Below are positions 27,955 to 40,102 of a DNA stretch of 64,000 nucleotides, in pieces. Within the stretch, counting starts at the first letter, position 1, and each line of letters opens with the position of its first letter. Location of the stretch: NCBI RefSeq assembly GCF_006345805.1, contig NC_043002.1, forward strand, positions 98,952,001 through 99,016,000. The letters run 5' to 3'. A model generated the notes under the pieces. That model saw only the letters and a program-made list of their open reading frames with translations. It ran no database searches and was not told the origin of the DNA. A program made the translations under genes and the position numbers. Source of the DNA: Octopus sinensis (lineage: Eukaryota).

Positions 27955-27992
27955 CAGTTGAAAAGGTCTCAAAATGACCGAAACCGGTACTG
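27955..27992 (+). ncRNA. Minimal type-I hammerhead ribozyme with U3-A8 core variant
   Basis: Stem I cag/ctg; core TTGAAAA (27958-27964); stem II ggtc/gacc with loop tcaaaat; GAAA (27980-27983); palindromic stem III ACCGGT; GUA cleavage triplet ending at 27989. Confidence 0.75.
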
Positions 27993-28083
27993 AAATGTTC
28001 ACTATAAAATTATTTTAGCATTTTCTATTTTTTACTTGTTTTTTCATATATATCAACTCGTGTGTTCCTTTTCACCCTTATAC

Positions 28084-28151
<68 letters not shown>

Positions 28152-28310
28152 TGTATGAATAATACACAAGAGAAGGGAAATCTTCCAGTCTATAAATTTA
28201 TTAAGGTCATGCACAGCATTCTCTTGTGGACCTGCACACGTTTAAAATGCATATATACATATATACACAGAAAGATGAATGTATTAATGGACAAATTATC
28301 TATCTATCTG

Positions 28311-28365
<55 letters not shown>

Positions 28366-28366
28366 G

Positions 28367-28415
<49 letters not shown>

Positions 28416-29114
28416 AATACATATGTTGTATATGTATACGAACATGGCAAACCACTTCAAATTTCTTATTAATTCTTGAGTTCATTTATGTTTGAAGACC
28501 CTATATCATTATCACTATTATATGGGAAATAGAGAACCATAGCCAGTGTGAAACCTTTAAGTAAATCCATCACGCGATGCATAATTAAATAATTTGTCTT
28601 ATACTGAAATATCCTCTCTCCATTATATACTGCTAAGTGACCTTTTCACGTGTTATCTGTACCGTGTCAAGTAAAATGGATTGTTCCAGATTTAGAAATT
28701 TGAGAATATGATCATTTTCAATAATTCTAACCGCTATTGTTCCTGTAACAATTCTTTAACTACTAAACGACGTAGAATGGAATAAAACAGTTACACTCAC
28801 AATCATTTCGCATCTTGTTTTGTTTCTAATATAAAAGGTTTTGATATCAGTGATTGCTCACCTTACATAATTGATGTTATATGTTGATAATTGCTATCCT
28901 AATTTGATGATAAATTGTGAATTAACGACTGATATTTTAGTGGCATTAGTAATGGTACTGATACGATGGATTTCATTTGAAAGTCATTTAAAGTTTCGTG
29001 AAGACGATTCTGCCATACCGTGTCAGAAGTTCACTCATTTCCGTTCGGTTTTAAATCGCATTTGTCAAAGTAATAAAGAAATCTAAAGCAATTGTTCAAC
29101 GTAAAATTTCAATA

Positions 29115-29700
<586 letters not shown>

Positions 29701-30666
29701 AGTATATGAACTAGAAGTGATTTGAGTTTCGGTGGATAAGGTATCTCACAACATGCTGTGTATATTCTCTGTCTCTGTATTTGATTTATCGACAACCTAG
29801 TCCGTGATAATGCTGAATCACAACTTGCAACGGCGTTTCATATTTCATATTGTAACCGGGATTCGAATCCTAACCGCTGTATACTCGGCCAAGTACCAAG
29901 AGTGAGCCACCACAGTTTCATATGATTGATCTATATATATATCAACCAATCAGAGTGAAGCTGTGGCGTGATTTGATTTTTCTCGAATGTTCTAAAACTT
30001 AGCCTTTTGTCCCCTATAAAAACTATTCCTTCTTTCTCGAAAGTGCCTTTTTATGCATTTCATTATCAAATGACTTTGAGTACGACTTGAGACAAAAAAC
30101 CCTCGTATTTTTATTAGGTCGAAGGGCCATATAATCGTTTCAATGTTGGCTAGGCTATGGTCGACATTATACAGTAACTAAAATGAAATGTTGACAAGAT
30201 ATATCACACTGCTCCAGGCCATTCACTTGAAAACGAATGCAAGCCATGTGCTGGTGTAGTTGTCATATCTTCGTCTTTGCGCTGTATCAAGGATGAAAGG
30301 GCCCATCCTTGTGTATGTCTATTTGTGACAATAACAAGGCTAAACATTTGTAAAAAGATGTAAATACGACTTTTTCTTTATTGCTCCCTCAGAAGAAAGA
30401 CTGTTTCCATGACACTTAAGAGATTGTAACATATTAAAATCTGCAGAAAAAGCGTTTAAAGATTGAGCAGTGAGGATCAACCGGATGATGAATCAAGTCT
30501 ACTGCTGACATAGAATAGTATGGGAACTGAACAGAGAGCACAACGTGATGGAACAAATACTGCAGTGTACCTTATCCGATGCTTTAACGATTCAGCGAGT
30601 GTCGTATTTATCGCTCCTGTCCCGGAAGAAAAAAGGAGAACAGATGACGTCGGTAGTATTCAAACC

Positions 30667-30756
30667 CAGAGAGAAAGAAGTTGGAATGAGAGCGCACAGA
30701 GAGAAAGAAGTTGGAATGAGAGTGCACAGAGAGAAAGAAGTTGGAATGAGAGCGCA
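30667..30756. repeat. 3 x 30-bp minisatellite
   Basis: Unit cagagagaaagaagttggaatgagag(c/t)gca. Confidence 0.95.
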
Positions 30757-30876
30757 AGTATTTCAACCTGTCACTCTTACTCTTGTACCTTGCCTTGAAA
30801 TATCTGTACAAATGCAAACTCAACATCTGAAAACTAAAAGTAACTGTTATTGAGTACGATGTATATATATATATAT

Positions 30877-30982
30877 TTTACAAATTTGAACTTCGATTTG
30901 GGAAACTGAAAGGACGTGTGAAGCATTGAAGCATTTTTACTCAATGCCTCGCACGTCCTTTCGATTACCCAAATTTGTAAAA
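30877..30982. repeat. Imperfect hairpin
   Basis: gaaaggacgtgtgaagcattga (30908-30929) pairs with tcaatgcctcgcacgtcctttc (30941-30962) at 20/22. Outer arms are ttttacaaatttg / caaatttgtaaaa. Confidence 0.75.
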
Positions 30983-31619
30983 AAAATTAATATACAAAGT
31001 AAATTTTATATCCGGATAATATAGTGTCCTGTTTTATGAAAGAAATGCTATGAAAATGAAATTAAACATTTTCCTGCCGCTTAATACCTTGGTTCTTGTC
31101 GTTTTATATAAATTGGTTTTAACATATATTGCTGCGAATGGCAAACCAAATGATCAGAACTAACTCTTTAACCCTCCTCTCTCAATATATATATATATAT
31201 ATGTATGTACGTGCATCTATATATGTATGTACGTGCATATAAATGTGTATGTATATACGTATGCATGTATGTGTTTATTTTTGTAAGAGCATATGTATGC
31301 TCATTTATCACACACACACACACATACACACACACACATACACACATATTTGTTGTGCATTTTCAAGCAACTCTGAGTGTAGGTAGAATATATTTCTGTA
31401 AATTAATCAACAATAAACATAGAGTTAACTCAACTTCCTGAAAGAATATGTTCTATATTTAATATGTGAAACCTTCGTTCATGCGTACATGTACACACGT
31501 GTGCATATACACGAACGCACACAAACGCACAAATATATGTGTACGTAATAAACATATATATATATATACATATATATTTTTAGTGTGTGTGTATGTATGT
31601 ATGTATGTATGTATGTATG

Positions 31620-31679
<60 letters not shown>

Positions 31680-31904
31680 GTGTGTGTGTGTGTGGTGTGT
31701 ATGTGTGAGTGTTTGTACGTGTATATGTGTGTAAAACTTCTGAAAATTTTCCGAATATCGAATTGCACGCAGAAATTATCGGTCAACCCGAGGCTATAGA
31801 GGAAAGATACTCATAACGTGAGGCATATCAACATCTTTCGGATGATTTTTTTTGTTAGAAAGATGACTCTCTATTATATATATATATACATATATATATA
31901 TTAT

Positions 31905-32006
<102 letters not shown>

Positions 32007-32685
32007 CTTCATCCATTAATAAAATATTCATTTTAGTCTTTATTCATCTAAATAAATAATCAAAATAAATATGACAAAAAGGTTTTAGCGATACGGGGCA
32101 TAGTAGCAGTGTGTTATCTCCACGGCCAAATCACTTTCACTCGTGATCATCCAATTGTTGCCGTAAGTCAGCTGAAATAAAATTCCCACCGATAAGCGTT
32201 GGTTCTGTGCAGTTGTTAATAAACTTTATCTAACTTCCATTATTGTTATTAAATATTTCCGTTGCTAAAAATCACTTAAAACACTAAACTTCATGGCACT
32301 CTTTGCCTCGCACTTAGATTACCTCATTGCATAGCTCATTTTCTATTAGAATATGCTTTTAAAGTTTGGTAAGTTTTAATTTATCGTTTAATAGTTTGGT
32401 TTAGAAAGAGATTATGTGTCCGTGGCATTGGTAGGCTCTCCAAGTCCAGTAAACTGGATGCAATCAATGTTATTCTTGACTAGTTTTAAGTCGACGGCTA
32501 TAGGAAGTTGTGTTGAGGATGTTGTGTTGAAAGGGGTTATATTCTCAATGTAATGTTTGTGCAGCGTGTTAGGGTCATTTTAATTACTCACTGAGTTTAG
32601 AATTGGAAGCAATGTTAACAACCTTTGCAAGCTCTCAAGACCAGAGAGTTGATGTCGGTAAGGTCGGTCGAAAGTGTTACAGATC

Positions 32686-33081
32686 TGGGACTGGGAAGCA
32701 CTCCGTCGGTTACGACGACGAGGGTTCCGGTTGATCCGATCAACGGAACAGCCTGCTCGTGAAATTAACGTGTAAGTGGCTGAGCACTCCACAGACACGT
32801 GTACCCTTAACGTAATTCTCGGGGATATTCAGCGTGACACAGAGAGTGACAAGGCCGGCCCTTTGAAATACAGGTACAACAGAAACAGGAAGTAAGAGTG
32901 AGAGAAAGTTGTGGTGAAAGAGTACAGCAGGGAACACCACCACAACACCATCCCTGCCGGAACCTCGTGGAGCTTTAGGTGTTTTCGCTCAATAAACTCA
33001 CAACGCCCGGTCTGGGAATCGAAACCGCGATCCTACGAACGCGGGTCCGCTGCCCTAACCACTGGGCCATTGCGCCTCCAC
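32686..33081 (-). mobile_element. SINE family A copy
   Basis: TSD gttacagatc at 32676-32685 / 33082-33091. Confidence 0.9.
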
Positions 33082-33397
33082 GTTACAGATCAACACTTAT
33101 TGGAAAGTACGAGAATGGTTGAGATTCGAGGGTTACCAATTTCTGGGGAGGAGGATTTGGAATAGTGTTTACTGCAGGGCCAGGAAATTTGATAAGCTTT
33201 GATACCTTGAAACTTATTGTTCGTATTCTCTTCTATTATATATACATCAGGTAGACCACTAATTGCCTATAACTAATTATAGGCAATTAATTTTGTGGAT
33301 TCTTTATCCCTGCACTTTTAATCGCAGTTTAGACACCAGGCTTGTTTGAAACATGTATATACCTATTATCTTTTTCTTTTGACATCGTCTCACCTAT

Positions 33398-33465
<68 letters not shown>

Positions 33466-33467
<2 letters not shown>

Positions 33468-34121
33468 GAGCAAAACGCCCCCCGTCCAATGGACGGTGCT
33501 GAGTTGTCAAATATTTAAACAAAATTTTCTCAAAACAACTTGTCCGACCGTTCGATAGGCCTTCCCTTTGAGAAACACTGTTTTAACCTAAATTTGAGAC
33601 ACCAGCAAAAGAAGAAATAAAGATAGACTTTTTTCTGCCCCCCCCCCACAAAAAAAACAAAACGATTTTATTCACACAAATATGCAACCGAAGAGTTTAA
33701 AGTACCAGTAATGATAAGGCTGTTGACTGGGAGAACACAAACATGGTTTAAACAGAAAGCTTGGCAGGAAAGAAACGTTTGAAGAAAATATCTCTTTTGC
33801 ATCTTACTTTTTTGGTCTCTTAAATATACTGCATTTTGTGGCATTATTTCAAGCCAGCCAGCTTTTTTGCGCAAACTGCACTTGTATTTTTCTCGCGTAG
33901 TATCGATCGCAACAGCTGATGTAATTGCGAGTACAAATGCACGTTCCCACGGCTTTATCGATCGCATTCTCACCTGGAATCGACTTTTGCAATTTTGTCA
34001 AGACTCATACATGCCCTGATACCGTCGGTATCTACATATCAAATTCGAGCGCAATCGGATGGAGGATGCCCGAGATCCTAGAAGACTCACACACAGACAG
34101 ACAGAACGGATTTTATATTAT

Positions 34122-34122
<1 letters not shown>
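33466..34122 (+). mobile_element. Helentron/HINE-like non-autonomous element
   Basis: 5' ACGAGC followed by hairpin cgtcc-aat-ggacg; 3' acagacagacagaacggattttatattata; inserted into (TA)n. Second copy at 52545-53305. Confidence 0.6.
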
Positions 34123-34186
<64 letters not shown>

Positions 34187-34330
34187 CATACTTACATACA
34201 CACATGTGTACTTGTGTGTGTAGGTATGTGTATGTAAATGTGTATGTGTGTGTTGTTAACTTCTATGCTCAATGTTTAAATTTTCTTTCCTTATAAAATA
34301 CATTTCGCAGCAGCAGCAGTAGTGTTAATG

Positions 34331-34367
<37 letters not shown>

Positions 34368-34413
34368 GATTATTATGATTATGATTATTATTATGATTAT
34401 GATTATGATTATG

Positions 34414-34445
<32 letters not shown>

Positions 34446-35407
34446 CATTATTATTATCATTATTATTATTATTAGTAGTAGTAGTAGTCATTGTTGTAAA
34501 TTGTCAGATGTCACTATCATTTCTGGTTGGGCAAACTTGAAGCAAACCTCAAGGGGACCGTGTGCAGTCATCTATCTGCGTTGCTGTTCTTACATAAAAC
34601 GCAAGGGGTAAGCAATTGCAAAATTTACTTCACTTTGCGATATATTAGAATCTACTTTCGTTAAGTTTTCATGAGCATATAATTGTATTCACTCTCATAA
34701 TTTCACCCAACGTAGTGTTAGTCTTGGTTTAAGCATTTGCCTTTCTCGTACGTTAGGCCTGAGGGTTGGGGAAAATATTTTTTACGCCTATGAGCGAAAT
34801 TTGACCCAGAACTTAGTGAGTGAAAACATTACCGTAAGGCATTCAGTCCAACATTCTAACTGTTACACCAAGTTTGGTAATTCTTATCGCCTTCGAAAGG
34901 ATGAACAACTAAAATGACCTCTGTGTGATTTGATCTTAGAGCGTAGAGTCAAAAACAAATATCGTTACCTTCTGCCTGTCATATAAATGTATGCAAACCT
35001 TTTAACATTGATTGATAGTCGGAAAGTAACAGTGGTCATTTGTATTTTGCCTCAATTTTCGTATGTAGTTGCATTGCCTACGTTATATCTGTAAAATCCT
35101 CGGAAAAGGCAGGAAGCTGATACATTTTAATTTTCCCATCCACGAAACTATATGACATTACATCTCTTTCATGAAAAGATTCTTGCAACAATATTTAGAA
35201 CATTCCAAGTATATGGCTTTTAAACTATGTGGAAGCTAACAATAAAAAGATAATCAAATCGTTGATACTTTTTAATATGCATATTTTATACATGGAATTT
35301 ATGTGAGATTAAATAAAAATTACAATAAGTATCAAAGTTAGAATTCTCTAATGGCAATGAAATCAGATAAATTAATCGTACGAATTCACTGTATTCCTGT
35401 GATAAAC

Positions 35408-36742
35408 TTACGCTGCAGAAATAGGTTTGTAAAGTACATGTCCCGTATCTAATATTTTATCGAACTGTAAAGGTGCATCTTTTGTTCCTAAAAGTGGAAC
35501 AGGACATACCACTGGTTCCTTGTATATGTATTCGTTTCTGTACAGTGTCCCATCATCAAATGGTTCATTTCCTATCTTTAATGAGTCATCTCGTCGGAAA
35601 CATTCAGTTTTTTGAAACGGGAATGGTACATAATCTGCTTTGGTTGCTGAAATACCTTTAAAAGGATTGTCATTGACTACATACGTATTTTCCTTTCTCA
35701 AAGGGCCACGCGTTATTTCCCACGGTTTGTAGTCTGATTTGTAAACAGTATTTCCAGAAAATACATCGGGGAATAGTTTCACAGTCTTTGGTCGGCAGGT
35801 CTCGGTGGGTACTAATGGTAACTTGCGATAAGCTTGATTGTGACTTGTGACAAAGTCTATTTTACTTTCAGGTTCTTTGTACTTCGGGTACTCATGTAAT
35901 TTTGGTTTGGTTGTAGGCCATTCCAGATAATCATCTTTGAATGTAGTTCTGTCTTCAAAAGGTGTTGTAGTTTGATAAGGTGTTTTATCAGGACCATAGT
36001 TTTGCGGGCGGTTTGCTGAATGTCCTTGGTAGTCTCTCATAGTAACAGTTAACGAATCTATCGGGACTTCAGGTCGCTTATATTGACTAGTTTCTTTCTT
36101 AACCATAGTAGGTAACGGATGTTCTATATAAATATCACGATAATTTGTCATATTAGAAAGTGGTTCCTTTGTAAGATCCGGACTTTTCTGTCTGTAACAG
36201 ACCGCTGGTTTTCCTTCTCTGTAGATATAATCTCTCATGCAAGTTGATTCGCCAAGCATTTTCTCCGTTGGTTTTTGCCACGATTTCACTGCATGCTGAA
36301 ATTTGGGGCCAAGGTCCCATTGTTTATAATCTGTTTTATAAGTTGGATCTCCGCAGAATTTCCCAGAGGTAATCGGTCGACTGACCTGTCTTATTAGACC
36401 AGTAAGTGGAACGTCTTTTTGTGTATAATCTTTCCTGTAGGAAGTGAGGTTTGCCACTTCTCCAGAAGGTTTTATCCAAGGTTTTTGAATATGTCTCCGT
36501 GGTTTCTCTATGCAATGCGGTTGGAAATCAGTATTATGGATAGTTTTACCATCCATTTTTCCATCGGGCATAGGAGGATATTTTGGTTTGAAAGATTTAA
36601 CTGGATCTCCTTCATGTTCGGTATATTTTGAGGTGTATTCTGTTATGTTACCTTTTGCCTCTCCAGACGGGAAAATAGATGATCTTAGCTTACAGTGATG
36701 CTTTCCGCAAATGCATATATTACAAATACATCGTGAATACAT
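35408..36742 (-). CDS. SAXO: Stabilizer of axonemal microtubules (SAXO1/SAXO2, FAM154 family) protein, 444 aa, uninterrupted ORF
   Basis: The N-terminus MYSRCICNICICGKHHC matches the family CxCxxCxCGxHxC motif. About 12 Mn-type repeats are spaced ~34 aa apart (TEYTSKY, TIHNTDF, TSYRKDY, PTYKTDY, STCMRDY, TNYRDIY, TVTMRDY, TTFKDDY, TSHNQAY, TVYKSDY, SATKADY, TLYRNEY). ATG is at 36742-36740 and TAA at 35410-35408. A minus-strand ATTAAA lies at 35276-35271. Confidence 0.92.
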   Translation of the reverse strand: MYSRCICNICICGKHHCKLRSSIFPSGEAKGNITEYTSKYTEHEGDPVKSFKPKYPPMPDGKMDGKTIHNTDFQPHCIEKPRRHIQKPWIKPSGEVANLTSYRKDYTQKDVPLTGLIRQVSRPITSGKFCGDPTYKTDYKQWDLGPKFQHAVKSWQKPTEKMLGESTCMRDYIYREGKPAVCYRQKSPDLTKEPLSNMTNYRDIYIEHPLPTMVKKETSQYKRPEVPIDSLTVTMRDYQGHSANRPQNYGPDKTPYQTTTPFEDRTTFKDDYLEWPTTKPKLHEYPKYKEPESKIDFVTSHNQAYRKLPLVPTETCRPKTVKLFPDVFSGNTVYKSDYKPWEITRGPLRKENTYVVNDNPFKGISATKADYVPFPFQKTECFRRDDSLKIGNEPFDDGTLYRNEYIYKEPVVCPVPLLGTKDAPLQFDKILDTGHVLYKPISAA

Positions 36743-36787
36743 GTCTTATAATATAAACTGTAAATGACCAACCTTAGATTTTGTGTT

Positions 36788-36846
36788 TATTTATATTTCA
36801 TCACTTCAGGAGCAGTGAAAACTTCGTTTTAGTGAGTATTACGTCA
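36788..36846 (-). promoter_or_regulatory. Putative compact promoter of the SAXO gene: TATA box plus CRE-like site
   Basis: Minus-strand TATAAATA at 36795-36788 (~46 nt upstream of the ATG) and TGACGTAA at 36846-36839. The region is AT-rich, so a chance TATA match is possible. Confidence 0.4.
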
Positions 36847-37324
36847 TAGAATAACTACGCATAACAAATATTTAAATAAGTAAGGCGTTCGAAAGATCTG
36901 CTCCACTCACATTTAGAATATTTTCCTTGAAATACTATTCAATAAATATAGTTAATAATATTAGAAAAAAGTGATAATTCCAACGTTTTGATTATGAATT
37001 AAATTCTATACTTGTCATAAACAGTTTGAATTTACAGTTTACACTGAATTTACACTTTTGCCTGTGCCAGTTTAGGAGGAAAAACCTTCCAAAACCGCCA
37101 GCGATGTATTACTACAACATTGTTTATATATGAATTAGCAACTGATAAAAGGAGAGGGTTGTGAGACATACGATTTTTGTAATGTACCGTCAATCAAGAT
37201 AATTCTCAGCAGCCTTTTGCCTAGCTCTGACGAGGTATCAGAGGAATTCTTTTTGTCTAACCAAAGGGTAACATTGTTAGAGCAAACCTATGATTAAATA
37301 AACGTGTTCTAATCGTAATCATGG

Positions 37325-37610
37325 TGAATGCGCATGTCACATTAGGTAGAGCGTCTGGCTTACAATCATGATGTAGTGAGTTCGATTCCCGGACCGGGCT
37401 GTATTGTGTTTTTGAGCAAGACATTTTATTTCACCTTGTTCCCGTTCACTCAGCTGTAGAAATGAGTTGCGACATCACTGCTGCCAAGCTGTAGCGGCCT
37501 TTTCCTTTCCCTTGAATAACACCAGAAGCCCAGACTTGTGCCTCGGAGGGAATTCTCTTCTAGGTGCAATCCCATGGTCATCCATGACCGAAGGGTGTCT
37601 TTACCCTTTT
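37325..37610 (+). mobile_element. SINE family D (tRNA head with CORE/Deu-like body)
   Basis: ggtagagcgtctggc...gagttcgattcccggaccggg...gagcaagacattttatttcac. Related copies at 22724-23020 (-) and ~7268-7490 (+). Confidence 0.65.
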
Positions 37611-39199
37611 TTTAAATCGTAATCATATGAGCTTTGTTTCTAGTAACCACCAGCATAATCTAACATGTTCCTCATTTTTTAAATGGGAAACTCCTACTTC
37701 AAGAATTTTGATCGAATTTCGAGTGAGAGTGAGTGAGAGAGGGGAAGGCGAGTTAGAACGAATAACGGAAGATACTGAGACAAAAGTATTGGGTGACAAT
37801 GGGTGAATGTGATATCCAATGGTAGCAGGGTTTATTGTTGCAATAATAGATGAGATATAAATAATGATAAAATGCCAAGCGGTGTGTCTTCTGGCTCTTT
37901 ACTTTCTGAGTTCAAAACCTGCCAAGGTCAGTTTTGCCTCTCACACCTGAGTCAATAAAATATAATACTAGTCAAGTACTGAGATCGATGTAATCGATCT
38001 GCACTCTCTTCTCAGAAATTCTAGGCCTTGAACTCTGCAACAGAATGCTGTGATCTCAGTCACCTATACGCCATGGAAACCGGGCAACCGGTCTTATGAG
38101 TGCTAGAGCTAGAGAAAAGGAATTAAAATGTCACAGATGTTGGATTGCTCTGTTGAAAGGAACTTTGGCTATCGGAAGGATTTATATTTCTTTTTAATGT
38201 TGGGTAGTGGGGCGAGTGTCCCACTTTTGGTCTCTTATTGAACTTCACAAAAACACAAGAGCTGTCAAGGCTGAAATATTTTATGGTTATGAAAGAAGTT
38301 GGGTTTTGAGAAGGACATTTTTTTCTATCATGAATACGAGGTCACCAGGCGAGATAGTCATGGATTTCGAGTTCTAGCATTGTTAATGGCGTTGATCAGT
38401 CTTAATGGTTTGTCATCCGAGATAATGGAGCATGAAGGAGTTGTTTCATTATTATATGCAATGATTGTGACTTTGACTGTTAAGAAGGTAATATTCCCAT
38501 GTCCCTCTCCAGGTTAATGATTCTGAGATCTTGATGGCAGTAAAGACTTAACGTATGTTTCGTGTATCTGCGACACATACGTGAGGAAGAATAGGAAAGA
38601 ATGGAAAATGGAGTCATTTGCAAAGTTATAGGTGTTGTGAGAGAAAACTCCACGTTAGTCAGTAATGTAGTAAAGGACATGTGTGGTTGGCATAACCGAA
38701 TCAGAGTTGACAGAGTGTAAGTCAGAAAGAATACCACCAACATCGACTGTAACTATAAATCTTACAGAAAAGACGAGAGGCAGGTGACGCCCATAGGAGA
38801 AACATTAACCAGATCACGCCGCAACAGTCAAACACATTGCAACGGCAATGTTTAGGGTTTAGGGAATACTGTGAGGGATATAATTTAGCCGTTGGTCAGT
38901 GTGAGAGGGATGCATTTAAGAATGTGTAGAAAGTAATTGTTGACGATCGATTCCATTAGTTTTGCGACCTTTCACGTAGCAATCATAGGTAATATTTGTA
39001 AGGGTAAGAGATAGGATTTGTTAAAGCAAGATTTTAAGATAAAGATTGAATTCTATACAGAGATAAAATCGAACATTTTAACGAGAGTATGAGAATATGA
39101 TGTAAACTATTTATGGACAACGGAAGAAAAACTATAGTTTGATCAAGGATGATAATAATGACTCAGAACATTTACTGTGATAATTAAGATGATGTCTTA

Positions 39200-39612
39200 T
39201 TTCTTTATTGCCCACAAGGGGCTAAACATAGAGGGGGCAAACAACGACAGGCAAAGGGATTAAGTCGATTACATCGATCCCAGTGCGTAACTGGTACTTA
39301 ATTTATCGACCCCGAAAGGATAAAAGGCAAAGTCGACCTCAGCGGAATTTGAATTCAGAACGTAGCTGCGGACGAAATACCTATTTTTACTACCCACAAG
39401 TGGCTAAACACAGAGGGGACAAACAAGGACGGATAAACGGATTAAGTCGCTTACATCGATCCCAGTGCGTAACTGGTACTTAATTTATCGAAACCGAAAG
39501 GATGAAAGGCAAAATCGACCTCGGCGGAATTTGAACTCAGAACGTAACGGCAGACGAAATACGGCTACGCATTTCGCCCGGCGTGCTAACGTTTCTGCCA
39601 GCTCACCGCCTT
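39200..39612 (-). mobile_element. SINE family B with tandemly duplicated 3' part
   Basis: Two successive core-plus-tail units; the same arrangement occurs at 54940-55330. Confidence 0.85.
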
Positions 39613-39641
39613 AAAGTAACACTGGGGTAAAATATACGAAA

Positions 39642-39704
<63 letters not shown>

Positions 39705-40035
39705 TAATAATAATAATAATAATATAATAATAATAATAATTATAATAATAATAATAAATAATGTCTTAACATTATAATGATTGTTCCTTGTTTACATATT
39801 ATCCATTATCTTACAATGTAATTTAAAAGGGACTATTGTGAAATATCAATCGTTTCTGCGTATATAAATGCTTTAATATGAATGTGTCACCTTATAACTG
39901 TTGAAAACGGGCTGCGATGTAGTTCGCTCACTAGGTATTACTACACTATAAATCATTTCTTTCAACTTGGAAGAAGGAAATACGCTGAACCGGTTTCATT
40001 AAAGGATTGATGTATAACACTAGTACAAATCCGCG

Positions 40036-40102
<67 letters not shown>

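Larger units (their letters stand above)
27272..28045. mobile_element. Spacerless ~774-bp palindrome, a fold-back PLE-derived element
   Basis: Centre GAATTC at 27656-27661. Arms of 387 bp pair base for base (x pairs with 55317-x) with only two mismatches seen. Flanked by TA repeats. Confidence 0.95.

Noticed and set aside
30520-30853. QRERSWNESA-repeat ORF as a host exon
   Set aside because: It is held open by a 30-bp minisatellite; no convincing splice sites or homology were recognised.
38868-38882. TTTAGGG telomere-like repeat
   Set aside because: Only two units; consistent with chance.
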